A stretch of DNA of 64,000 bases. It comes from Macrostomum lignano. Taxonomy: Eukaryota. The DNA is taken from the NCBI GenBank assembly GCA_002269645.1, contig NIVC01000201.1, forward strand, positions 558,001-622,000. The letters run 5' to 3'. A program made the position numbers and the translations under genes. Below are positions 23,201-34,950 of this stretch, in pieces. The number at the start of each line of letters is the position of its first letter. The first letter of the stretch is position 1. Below the pieces are notes generated by a model. The model saw only the letters and a program-made list of their open reading frames with translations, was not told where the DNA came from and searched no databases.

Positions 23201-26200
23201 ACCAGGGACTCCTAGAGAGACAGAGCATCTGGAACAGAATACCAGGGACTCCTAGAGAGACAGAGCATCTGGAACGGAATACCAGGGACTCCTAGAGAGA
23301 CAGAGCATCTGGAACGGACTGCCAGGGACTCCTGAGAGACAGAGCATCTGGAACAGAATGCCAGGGACTCCTAGAGAGACAGAGCATCTGGAACAGAATA
23401 CCAGGGACTCCTAGAGAGACAGAGCATCTGGAACGGAATACCAGGGACTCCTAGAGAGACAGAGCATCTGGAACAGAATACCAGGGACTCCTAGAGAGAC
23501 AGAGCATCTGGAACGGAATACCAGGGACTCCTAGAGAGACAGAGCATCTGGAACAGAATGCCAGGGACTCCTAGAGAGACAGAGCATCTGGAACAGAATA
23601 CCAGGGACTCCTAGAGAGACAGAGCATCTGGAACGGAATACCAGGGACTCCTAGAGAGACAGAGCATCTGGAACAGAATACCAGGGACTCCTAGAGAGAC
23701 AGAGCATCTGGAACAGAATACCAGGGACTCCTAGAGAGACAGAGCATCTGGAACGGAATACCAGGGACTCCTAGAGAGACAGAGCATCTGGAACAGAATA
23801 CCAGGGACTCCTAGAGAGACAGAGCATCTGGAACGGAATACCAGGGACTCCTAGAGAGACAGAGCATCTGGAACGGACTGCCAGGGACTCCTAGAGAGAC
23901 AGAGCATCTGGAACAGAATACCAGGGACTCCTAGAGAGACAGAGCATCTGGAACAGAATACCAGGGACTCCTAGAGAGACAGAGCATCTGGAAAGGAATA
24001 CCAGGGACTCCTAGAGAGACAGAGCATCTGGAACGGAATACCAGGGACTCCTAGAGAGACACAGCATCTGGAACGGAATACCAGGGACTCCTAGAGAGAC
24101 AGAGCATCTGGAACAGAATACCAGGGACTCCTAGAGAGACAGAGCATCTGGAACGGAATACCAGGGACTCCTAGAGAGACAGAGCATCTGGAACGGAATA
24201 CCAGGGACTCCTAGAGAGACAGAGCATCTGGAACAGAATACCAGGGACTCCTAGAGAGACAGAGCATCTGGAACAGAATACCAGGGACTCCTAGAGAGAC
24301 AGAGCATCTGGAACGGAATACCAGGGACTCCTAGAGAGACAGAGCATCTGGAACAGAATACCAGAAACTCCTAGAGAGACAGAGCATCTGGAACGGAATA
24401 CCAGGGACTCCTAGAGAGACAGAGCATCTGGAACGGACTGCCAGGGACTCCTAGAGAGACAGAGCATCTGGAACAGAATACCAGGGACTCCTAGAGAGAC
24501 AGAGCATCTGGAACAGAATACCAGGGACTCCTAGAGAGACAGAGCATCTGGAAAGGAATACCAGGGACTCCTAGAGAGACAGAGCATCTGGAACGGAATA
24601 CCAGGGACTCCTAGAGAGACACAGCATCTGGAACGGAATACCAGGGACTCCTAGAGAGACAGAGCATCTGGAACAGAATGCCAGGGACTCCTAGAGAGAC
24701 AGAGCATCTGGAACAGAATACCAGGGACTCCTAGAGAGACAGAGCATCTGGAACGGAATACCAGGGACTCCTAGAGAGACAGAGCATCTGGAAAGGAATA
24801 CCAGGGACTCCTAGAGAGACAGAGCATCTGGAACGGAATACTAGGGACTCCTAGAGAGACAGAGCATCTGGAACAGAATGCCAGGGACTCCTAGAGAGAC
24901 AGAGCATCTGGAACAGAATGCCAGGGACTCCTAGAGAGACAGAGCATCTGGAACAGAATACCAGGGACTCCTAGAGAGACAGAGCATCTGGAACGGAATA
25001 CCAGGGACTCCTAGAGAGACAGAGCATCTGGAACAGAATACCAGGGACTCCTAGAGAGACAGAGCATCTGGAACAGAATACCAGGGACTCCTAGAGAGAC
25101 AGAGCATCTGGAACGGAATACCAGGGACTCCTAGAGAGACAGAGCATCTGGAACAGAATACCAGGGACTCCTAGAGAGACAGAGCATCTGGAACGGAATA
25201 CCAGGGACTCCTAGAGAGACAGAGCATCTGGAACGGACTGCCAGGGACTCCTAGAGAGACAGAGCATCTGGAACAGAATACCAGGGACTCCTAGAGAGAC
25301 AGAGCATCTGGAACAGAATACCAGGGACTCCTAGAGAGACAGAGCATCTGGAAAGGAATACCAGGGACTCCTAGAGAGACAGAGCATCTGGAACGGAATA
25401 CCAGGGACTCCTAGAGAGACAGAGCATCTGGAACGGAATACCAGGGACTCCTAGAGAGACAGAGCATCTGGAACAGAATGCCAGGGACTCCTAGAGAGAC
25501 AGAGCATCTGGAACAGAATACCAGGGACTCCTAGAGAGACAGAGCATCTGGAACGGAATACCAGGGACTCCTAGAGAGACAGAGCATCTGGAACAGAATA
25601 CCAGGGACTCCTAGAGAGACAGAGCATCTGGAACGGAATACTAGGGACTCCTAGAGAGACAGAGCATCTGGAACAGAATGCCAGGGACTCCTAGAGAGAC
25701 AGAGCATCTGGAACAGAATGCCAGGGACTCCTAGAGAGACAGAGCCTCTGGAACGGATCCTAGGAACAGATCAGAATATTGCTATTTCTAGAAGTTGGAA
25801 ATTCAGGAAAGCTCGCTGCTGTTTCCAATCCAGAATCCTAGGTTTAGGCGTCCTAGTCTTAGTTGCTCTGCTAGACTCAGGGTTACCTCCTAACCGGGCA
25901 TCCGGGAAGCTCACAAATATATTTTCGCATTAAAATCCCACAGTTTAGCTGCCTCGCCAGCTTTTCTACAAGAGAAGAACAGCACAGCGCCCTGATTTAT
26001 GCCGCCTGCCGCAACCGGAGGCGGAACCGGAAGCAGGCGATCGAATCGGACGACTCACCTGGTCGTAAGTCTGATGTCGGAGGGTGCCGCTGGCCAGCCC
26101 GTCACTGACGGGGATCACCACACCCAGCATGGTGAGGCTGATACTGTACAGAATGATGAGGGAGCTCAGCACATGACGCCGTGGGCTGCCCGCACCTCCG

Positions 26201-29200
26201 TCCTCGGCGTCCTCACCGACACCGTCGGCAGCTGGCCCGAGCGGCTTCTCAATCAAGCAGTCGGAGCCGGGCCGGGCGCTGAGGTGTGGGGGGGGGGGTT
26301 TAATACGCCTGAAAAATGTACTACTCTGTAAACTGAATATCCTGCACATGACACACGTCAGTTGTTTAATAGCTTTGCAAATATTTATATTATTCAATTC
26401 GTTAAACTTCCCATTATTTCAACACCCCATTCCTTAGAAATCCCATTCCTTAGATATCCCATGCCTTAAGCATCCCATTCCGTAAACATCCCAAAAAGAC
26501 ATTGATAGGAGTCAGTTGCATATCAAGTATTGATATCAAGTCTCCGTGCTGATAGCCTAATTAACATCTCATTAAGGCATTTACAGCTACCAAGCAAGCT
26601 CAAGGGCTCGGCCTACTCGTATAAACAGTTTCAGAAACACCTGTCAGACAAATGGAATTGAGGATGAGGAAGCGAATCCCCAGGCAGACTGTGCCCCCCC
26701 CCCCCCAGCTAATCAATGCAGCCTGGCAGAGCGCGCTTTCCATTTGGCTCTCCGTCATTGAATTTTGGTGCGGCCCAGCCAAGCGTATGATGAGGAAGAG
26801 GCTGGGCCAGCGCCAGGTTCCCACGGTGCAGCCTCTTGAATGTTTCATGACTGCCCGCCCCCTTCACCGATCGGGCCGGGGCAGCTGCTGCTGTCCTTAA
26901 AAAAATTTGGGCGCCAAGCGGCGGATGCGGGGCGTCCAGCCAGCCTCTGAGCTGCATCGCGAGAGAGAGAGAGAGAGAGAGAGAAGCGCAGTCCGACAGC
27001 CAAGGTCTTTTGTCTCCGGTGTGAATGCCCCATGCATCCCATTGTGCTGGCCTGAGAGTTTCATGTTTCTCCACCTCTCCGCCTGTTTCCGTGGGCGCAC
27101 ACACACGACAGTCACAGAAGGTGCACACTGCGGAGTCTGAGCAGTGTGCTCAGGGCGCATGGCTGCTGGCCTTCTGGCTGGCTGCGGGCTGACTTTTGCG
27201 TGTGATCTATGCGCAGTCCGAAGTTCTGCGGGGTCAAAGTGCACCCAAGGACTTCTAGACTAGCTAGTCTAGAAGTCCTTGAGTGCACCCCCTCCAGTCT
27301 GAGCTAACTCGAACGAGCAAGTCCTGGGGTGCAGTCTGTGTGCTTCCCACTCGCATTCCGGGTGGCACGAGAGCAAATCTAATTGAGATGCTTCGAATCT
27401 TGCGGCCCCAACAGTTTGTTTTATCTTTGCCGTTGCGAGAGTTGCAGATCTCTCTGGCGCACAAGCTCACTTGGCTCGGAGTAGACAGGCTCAGATGAAG
27501 GATCGATGGAGGCTGGCATTCAGCTTTAGCATTCAGCCAGCACTGCCGATTCTCCCAGCCATTCCCCAGATTGACTGCCTGTGTGCTCGGCACTTCAAGG
27601 ACTTGGGGCAGGCCGCGCGGATTAAAGTAGGGATTTCAGTTCCGCAGCCTGGGATTTTATGACGCTGAGGAAATCGGGAACAGAAGCGGTTTCGAAGGAG
27701 GGTTTGGAGCAGAGTGGCGCCGAAACCGTTCTCTTATGACATATGGTTACCGGGCTCGAATCCCGATGCGGCGAAATTTCAATTTAGGTTAGATAAAAAA
27801 CCATGGCGTGTCAAGGATTGCCAGTTTAGGAGTGAGGGTTGCCACTCTGAGAGTGAGGGTTGCCACTTTAACAACCAGGAGCCCCTTAAAAGAGCTAATC
27901 ATCAGCCATCGGGAGTTCGGTTTGAATCAGTTTAGCTCCACATCAATCTGTAGGCATCAAAGCCAGCAAGTTGGCTTTGTCGGCTTGCTTTTTGACCGGC
28001 AGCGACTGATCGATCAGCCACCTGAAAGCCAATCAAGCAACTGCCTGCTTTAATCAGCCTGTCGTCAGGCAGTGCACACAGGAAACTGTTGAATTGCACG
28101 CGACAGTCTGAATTTTAATTGAATTGCCTATTAAACACGAAAGCAGGCAAAAATTCTGATTTGCTTGGATCACTAACATGGAAAGGCATCACACATCTGT
28201 ATGATGACCGTGCCTGACTGGAGATAACCCTGCTTAGTACTCAATGCCCCCCCCCAATAACCGGCAAGACCCTGTCTGACAATAAATGACCCCCAATTAC
28301 CCAAAATGACCGGCAATGACTCTGTCTAACACCAAATGACCCCCAATGACCGGCAATGACCCTATCTGACACCACATGATCTCCAACGACCGACAATGAC
28401 CCTGTCTAACACTCAATGACCCTGTCTAACACTAAATGACCCCAGTGACCGGCAATGACCCTGTCTAACACCAAATGACCCCCAGTGACCGACAATGACT
28501 CTGTCTAACACCAAATGACCCCAGTGACCGGTAATGACCCCGTCTAACACCAAATGACCCAAAATGACCGGCAATGACCCTGTCTAACACCAAATGACCC
28601 CCAGTGACCGACAATGACCCTGTCTAACACTAAATGACCCCAGTGACCGACAATGACCCTGTCTAACACCAAATGACCCCAGTGACCGGCAATGACCCTG
28701 TCTAACACCAAATGACCCCAGTGACCGGCAATGACTCTGTCTAACACCAAATGACCCCTAATGACCGACAATGGCCCTATCTGACACCACATGATCTCCA
28801 ACGACCGACAATGACCCTGTCTAACACTAAATGACCCCAGTGACCGACAATGACCCTGTCTAACACCAAATGACCCCAGTGACCGGCAATGACCCTGTCT
28901 AACACCAAATGACCCCTAATGACCGACAATGGCCCTATCTGACACCACATGATCTCCAACGACCGACAATGACTCTGTCTAACACCAAATGACCCAAAAT
29001 GACCGGCAATGACCCTATCTAACACCGAATGACCCCAATGACCGGCAATGATTCTATCTAACACCAAATGACCCAAAATGACCGACAATGACTCTGTCTA
29101 ACACCAAATGACCCCAGTGACCGGCAATAACTCTGTCTAACATCAAATGACCCAAAATGACCGGCAATGACCCTATCTAACACTAACTGATCCCCAACGA

Positions 29201-29625
29201 CCGAAAATGACCCTATCTAAGACCAAATGACCCAAAATGACCGGAAATGACCCTATCTAACACCAAATGACCCAAAATGACCGGCAATGACCCTATCTAA
29301 CACCAAATGACCCAAAATGACCGGCAATGACCCTATCTAACACCAACTGATCCCCAATGACCGGCAATGACCCTATCTAACACTAACTGATCCCCAACGA
29401 CCGACAATGACCCTATCTAAGACCAAATGACCCAAAATGACCGGCAATGACCCTATCTAACACCAAATAACCCAAAATGACCGGCAATGACCCTATCTAA
29501 CACCAACTGATCCCCAAGACTCAAATGTCTAGCAAGCAACTCCCAGTTGAATCAGAGAAAAGCTCAACTCACAGTCTGTCATTCAAGTCGGACTCAGCAG
29601 GCGCCAGCTCCTGCGGCAGCGTCAT
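14225..29625 (-). CDS. otop: Otopetrin family proton channel (701 aa)
   Basis: Exons 29625-29573, 26278-26059, 18508-18232, 17601-17392, 16897-16737, 16302-16086, 15727-15334, 14798-14225 (2106 nt, phases consistent). Motifs: FYLYMH, LYLRLGAIIFGFG, FALAHLVVTNLCIW, SPFLYPCAVEYGLI, CHKSHKGLFFG, PMIIFFRFHSTVCLSEIWK. Exon 1 and the two GTGC donors are less certain. Confidence 0.93.
16375..16497 (+). repeat. Short array of the same 32-bp family as 12870-13678
   Basis: Units read gggttagtgacgtcactccatcaaaggacagg. Confidence 0.85.
17790..18047 (-). mobile_element. tRNA-derived SINE with a CORE (MIR-like) domain, in otopetrin intron 3
   Basis: On the minus strand: A box TAGCCTAGTGG (18039-18029), B box GGTTCGATTC (17995-17986), then GTGTCCTTGAGCAAGACGCTTAACTCT...TTCACCCATCTGTAAAATGGG, resembling the CORE consensus CCTTGGGCAAGTCACTTAAC...CTCATCTGTAAAATGGG. 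The 3' end is approximate. Confidence 0.85.
18582..19050 (+). repeat. 20-bp minisatellite (CCTGTCTCTTGGTGGGCGCC)
   Basis: Direct periodicity; it generates several spurious ORFs. Confidence 0.97.
19985..20585 (+). repeat. 30-bp minisatellite (GAGAGTTCCAGTTCGGAAGTGGGGGATGAA)
   Basis: Direct periodicity, about 17-20 copies with degenerate ends. Confidence 0.97.
20935..21845 (+). repeat. 40-bp minisatellite, array 1 (CCAGGGACTCCTAGAGAGACAGAGCATCTGGAACAGAATA)
   Basis: Direct periodicity, about 22 copies. Confidence 0.98.
22320..22700 (+). repeat. 20-bp minisatellite (GGAGTAGTGGCATCAGGGAG)
   Basis: Exact 20-bp periodicity, about 19 copies. Confidence 0.98.
23065..25757 (+). repeat. 40-bp minisatellite, array 2 (same unit as array 1), about 67 copies
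   Basis: Direct periodicity. Confidence 0.98.
28245..29515 (+). repeat. 39-40-bp minisatellite (CCAAATGACCCCAGTGACCGGCAATGACCCTGTCTAACA)
   Basis: Direct periodicity, with a gradient of variant units along the array. Confidence 0.97.
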
Positions 29626-30344
29626 CTCCAAGCGTTCGGCGGAGGCGAGCTCTCAAATCCCTGCGAGCTGCAGCGGCAGAGCAGCGACCACGAAGGAGTC
29701 GAAGGCTTCTCCGGCGGTATAAAATTGGCAAAGCAAGACACAGCAGGGAGCAAATTGAGAAACCGGTTGAGCAGGGGGGGGGAGGTGGAGCTCAGCGGCC
29801 TTCATTGGCTGGCCCAATGCTCTCCAAGCCCTCTCCGTACAGCAGCGCTTCTGTCGGAGCTAAAAGTACACCGGGTTTTTTATCCGCGCGTTCTTTGATT
29901 GTCATCCGTCATCCGAGGACAGAGTATTGGAGTTGGGAGGGGGGGCAGGGCGATGGAAGCACAGGTTGGTTTGGTGTCGGACAAGAGGCTCCAGAGTCCA
30001 GAGTAATGATATCCGCGTAGATATTGGAGACCAGGGCTTACTGGAGCTTGAGAGCGTAGTGAGGTGTTCCGTTTCCCGATGCTAATCTGAGGTGCAAATC
30101 GATGCAAAGATGAGGAATGAGGCGCATGCTTACGGCGAGGGAGGAAAATTTCCATTGGCCTTTGAGGGCAGCAAAAAAACTCAAAACTGACAGGTAAAGG
30201 GAAAGCAGAAAATAGTGGGAAGGAGAGGAAAAGGAGACCGAGGGATAAAGATTGCAAAGTTGGATTAAGAGAGTGAGAGTATAGGGAAAGGGGAGAGGGA
30301 GACGGAGGGAGAGAGATGATAGGGAGAGGGAGAGTACAGGGGAA

Positions 30345-31075
30345 AGTAAGGAGAGCACAGGAGGGAGAGCACAGGAGAGGGAGGACAGGAGAGGGAGAGC
30401 ACAGGGGAGGGAGAGCACAGGGGAGGGAGAGCACAGGGGAGGGAGAGCACAGCAGGGGAGGGAGAGCACAGGGGAGGGAGAGCACAGGGGAGAGAGAGCA
30501 CAGGAGAGGGAGGACAGGAGAGGGAGAGCACAGGGGAGGGAGAGCACAGGGGAGGGAGAGCACAGGGGAGGGAGAGCACAGGGGAGGGAGAGCACAGCAG
30601 GGGAGGGAGAGCACAGGGGAGGGAGAGCACAGGGGAGGGAGGACAGGAGAGGGAGAGCACAGGGGAGGGAGAGCACAGGGGAGGGAGAGCACAGGGGAGG
30701 GAGAGCACAGGGGAGGGAGAGCACAGGAGAGGGAGGACAGGAGAGGGAGAGCACAGGGGAGGGAGAGCACAGGGGAGGGAGAGCACAGGGGAGGGAGAGC
30801 ACAGGGGAGGGAGAGCACAGGGGAGGGAGAGCACAGGGGAGGGAGAGCACAGGGGAGGGAGAGCACAGGGGAGGGAGAGCACAGCAGGGGAGGGAGAGCA
30901 CAGGGGAGGGAGAGCACAGGGGAGGGAGGACAGGAGAGGGAGGACAGGAGAGGGAGAGCACAGGGGAGGGAGAGCACAGGGGAGGGAGAGCACAGGGGAG
31001 GGAGAGCACAGGAGAGGGAGAGCACAGGGGAGGGAGAGCACAGGGGAGGGCGGAGAGCACAGGGGAGAACACAGG
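30345..31075 (+). repeat. 16-bp G-rich minisatellite (GGGGAGGGAGAGCACA)
   Basis: Direct periodicity; source of the PPLCSPS/GEGEHR-type spurious ORFs. Confidence 0.97.
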
Positions 31076-31101
31076 ATACACGTACGCAGCCAGCTAAGGC
31101 A

Positions 31102-33428
31102 CAAGGACTTCTCAAGTAGAAGGACGTTACACTCAAGTTATCGTGTAAATTTTTTTGGCGGCCGATTGTTTTGAAGTGCTGTAACTTTTTAAGTATTGCA
31201 TGTAGAAGGCTAATTCTTTCGCTGATTTGTTCAGAATTTATTCCTCTTTAAAATAATGCTACATTTACGGCTGTATCTGCACGAGGGCGGAAGCAAAGTA
31301 CAGTAAAGTACATGTACCTCATTATTTCTAAAAGCAAAATTTATAATTTAAGCACGCTATCTGATTTTTAGTTACTAGGAGCGTATAAAAATGTAGCTAT
31401 ATAGCTACATCCAAGGCATAAAGTGATTAAAGAACAATTTACAAAGATACACGCATCCTAGGGCCACTGCATGGCTTGACACGGGAGGCTCTAGCGAAGA
31501 CTGACGATTGATATTGATTGACATTATAAAAAGGGAAAATTCTTGATGCTGCTGCAGCTATATTTCAAAACCCTGAAGCAAAAAAACAAAATAAAAGATT
31601 TAGAGCGTAGACGGACAATAGACACAACACATAGTGTCGACTTTGAACGCTTGAAAGAAACGCTTGTCGAGGATTGTTGACTGGATCACAAGCAGCCTGC
31701 AAAGTTTCTATAAGTGCTTGTCTAATTCAACAGACTGCACGACTTGTGCATGCTTCACCCTGTTCAACACAGCTTCCAACTGGCTGAACCGCTTAAGTCG
31801 GTTTTGAAAACCCAGCAGATCCGTGATGTGCACTGATGTATTGCATCGGTGAGCGACTGCTGTTAAGTTGCTTCTTATGGAAACATAGGCATCCACAGTT
31901 CGATCAGTAACTTTCAGTAGGTTCACATGGTCCGACTCCTGCTGCACCAGCCATCCATCAGTAGAGATGCAGTTCATTTTACTAACATGCTCAGTGAACA
32001 TCTGCCACGAACTAATGCGGTCATGTGCATTAAACTCTTCTAGTTCATCTGGGATTGCAGCTCGCTCATTCAAAAGCACGCGACGTCGGGACACATCCCT
32101 TGATTTCCCTGAGAGGTTCAATGATATCAAAATATGACTTTGGCAATGCAAAATCTCCAGCGAGTTGTCTAATGCCAAAGGACGCCAGAAATCTCACTTG
32201 GTACAGTCTGACGCAATGTGCTGGATGCAACAGATGGGAATATACTTGGTGGATCAGCAGGCCATAGAAAGCGCTTCACCTTCATCATCCTTGCATTCTC
32301 AGGCCAATGCTTGACACAAATCCTTGTCAAGTTTGTTATTCTCTGTGGAAAATAAGTATAATATTGACATTATAATGTAGAGAACAAGCATGGAAAGGTT
32401 TTAATGCACACAAAATATCTACCTTAACTGTGGTAGGCAAGGCTTTTTTCCATGCTTCATAGTCAGCTGTAGACTTTGGGAAACTATAAACAGTAACTTT
32501 AGGCCCAGTAAGGTAGTTTCCTTTGCAGCCAGGAATGCAGCACTTCAATGGCATGAAGACTAGCTAGAATTAGGTTTAAGATAAATGTAAAAAATTGTTT
32601 CTTTTAATATATAACAGTTTTAAGGCAATAATCTAAGTAATAATAGAACATAATATAATACTATATAAAATAATAATAAATTATACACTAATACACTCAT
32701 AGAATGTTGGTAAATAAACTTGATAAATTTGTACCAGTTGGTATTAGTCATATTGAAGAAATAGGTTGTGTCATATTGTAGAAATATATGTGTAGGCTAT
32801 AGTCTTTAATTGTCTTTAAATATTACTATAGTATATAGTGTGAAAGTTTTGAATACCATTAGTTTATACATTTGACGTTGTAGCTTTTTCTAATTTAAAA
32901 TGACTAACCAGATGGCTCAGTTTTTGTAGTATTTGTAGCTAGTAAGTTATATACTTACCTACCTAGTCAATATAGTCATATGCATATTCCTAGCCAAGAT
33001 AAGACCAATACTTCTAAAAACTAATATGAGCAATAAGAGTAAAAACAAATATTATGCCTCTGCCTCTTTGTATTCATTTTAAGTATATTAGTGAAATAAA
33101 AAACTATTTTGGTGGTTCCCTTCTCTTTGTCTAATATTACAAAAAGAGTAAACTGTTTTCATTAATTTTTACTAAAGAAAAAGTCACAAAAATAGCATAA
33201 ATACAAATGGCATGGACCCAGTCAAATTAAAAAGTAATACAATATGATATTTGTGTTTACAAATTGATGGGATGTTTTAAAGCAAGGCCGCAATCAAGCA
33301 CAGCACTTAATTTAGATGAAAAACGTGAAAATTTCCTATCTCGCAAATGCATTTTACGGTGAAAATCGGCCGTCTAAAAAATTTCCACGAAAGCTGAGTG
33401 TAACGTCCTTCTACTTAAGATGTTCTTG
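31102..33428 (-). mobile_element. P-superfamily DNA transposon, internally deleted, retaining THAP
   Basis: TIRs CAAGGACTTCTCAAGTAGAAGGACGTTACACTCA / TGAGTGTAACGTCCTTCTACTTAAGATGTTCTTG, with a perfect 8-bp TSD CTAAGGCA (31094-31101 and 33429-33436). Confidence 0.93.
31708..32554 (-). pseudogene. THAP-domain transposase N-terminus (spliced, frameshifted, no catalytic core)
   Basis: Exon 32554-32423 (MPLKCCIPGC...FP...W) splices to 32342 (RITNLTRICVKHW...PPSIFP), giving the C2CH THAP signature. A frame break near 32180 leads into ORF 31708-32178, and no RNase H-fold core follows. Confidence 0.85.
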
Positions 33429-33725
33429 CTAAGGCATCTGAGAATGTCGTGCACTTTTACGAGACAGCCAGTCAGACGAAGATGCCTACCTTCTAAACAC
33501 TGGTCACGGCAGCATTAGCTGGTGCGGAAAAATCAATTACCGCAACTCCTCCATCTAGGCTGCGCTGCCCCGCAATTTCAAGCAGCGAAGCCACCTGCCT
33601 CAACTGCCTCTGGGCAAAGAGAGCTCAAGTTGAGCTTTCGGCACATTGAAAAGCAAATGTACCGATGCTTGAGTTGAAAAACTTTCAATTTTGAGAGTTC
33701 TGCGATCACAGTGAAAATTTAAAAC

Positions 33726-33841
33726 ACAGACAGACAGACAGACAGACAGAAAGACAGGCAGACAGACAGACAGACGGGGAGACAGACAGCCAGACAGACA
33801 GACACGGACAGACAGCCAGACAGACAGACAGACAGACACTA

Positions 33842-33888
<47 letters not shown>

Positions 33889-33917
33889 AAGACAGGCAGA
33901 CAGACAGACAGACGGGG

Positions 33918-33960
<43 letters not shown>

Positions 33961-34047
33961 AAGACAGGCAGACAGACAGACAGACGGGGAGACAGACAGC
34001 CAGACAGACAGACACGGACAGACAGCCAGACAGACAGACAGACACTA

Positions 34048-34102
<55 letters not shown>

Positions 34103-34111
34103 AAGACAGGC

Positions 34112-34143
<32 letters not shown>

Positions 34144-34210
34144 GGGCGAACAGACAGACAGACGGACGGACAGACAGAGAGACGGGGAGACAGAAAGACA
34201 GGCAGACAGA
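33726..34210 (+). repeat. (GACA)n microsatellite with an internal ~200-bp duplication
   Basis: Direct reading; the ACTAAG interruption recurs at about 33838 and 34044. Confidence 0.97.
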
Positions 34211-34699
34211 GTGAAGGACTAGAGACTGAGCATAGCAGAAGCCTGACAGACCAACGAGGTGAGCCCCAAATCGCAGAGGAACTCTCTAATTATAATTGCA
34301 AGGGCCGGCAGCACACGGATAGATCTCAGATAAAAGCCGTCACCGCATGCGCGAGGTTGGAGATGGGGCATCGAGTAAAAAGGGAGCCGAGGAGATGCAA
34401 AGAAAAGTTAGCACTGACCAGCACGGATTACGAGCTAACCAGCAGTAGAGCTTGTACTGAACGTCAGACCATACTCGTACTTGCAGGCCTTTCTATGAAG
34501 CATACAGGTAGCCGGGAGCTGCATTAAACAGACATGGCAGTCACGTGAATTTCCAAATGCTTTGTTCTAAGACCGACAAGCCTTTCAAATTGATTAGCTT
34601 TGGCAATTGGCATTTAAATTTTACAGTACCAATATGTGCAATGTAAAAAATGAAATCCGCCTACCTGTTTAACAGACTGAGGACTCAGTGACGGCTCTG

Positions 34700-34950
34700 G
34701 CTGACACCCTAAAACCGGCAATGATCCAGAGTCCGACACCTAAAACCAATCAAGACCCTGTCTGACACCCTAAAACGGATGGAGACCCTGTCTGACACCC
34801 TAAAACGGATGGAGACCCTGTCTGACACCCTAAAACGGATGGAGACCCTGTCTGACACCCTAAAACGGATGGAGACCCTGTCTGACACCCTAAAACGGAT
34901 GGAGACCCTGTCTGACACCCTAAAACGGATGGAGACCCTGTCTGACACCA
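34700..34950 (+). repeat. 30-bp minisatellite (TAAAACGGATGGAGACCCTGTCTGACACCC)
   Basis: Exact 30-bp period. Confidence 0.97.

Noticed and set aside
20935-25757. CRISPR-like appearance of regular 30-40 bp arrays (also 40840-41815)
   Set aside because: The units are contiguous with no unique spacers, there are no cas genes, and the context is eukaryotic and intronic.
26600-27250. Extra otopetrin exons in ORFs 26600-26848, 26709-27128, 26897-27244
   Set aside because: No phase-compatible strong splice sites; exon 1 (29625-29573) joins exon 2 in frame without them. An alternative first exon cannot be excluded.
29718-29725. TATAAAAT as the otopetrin TATA box
   Set aside because: It is on the plus strand, opposite to the gene, and no plus-strand gene follows.
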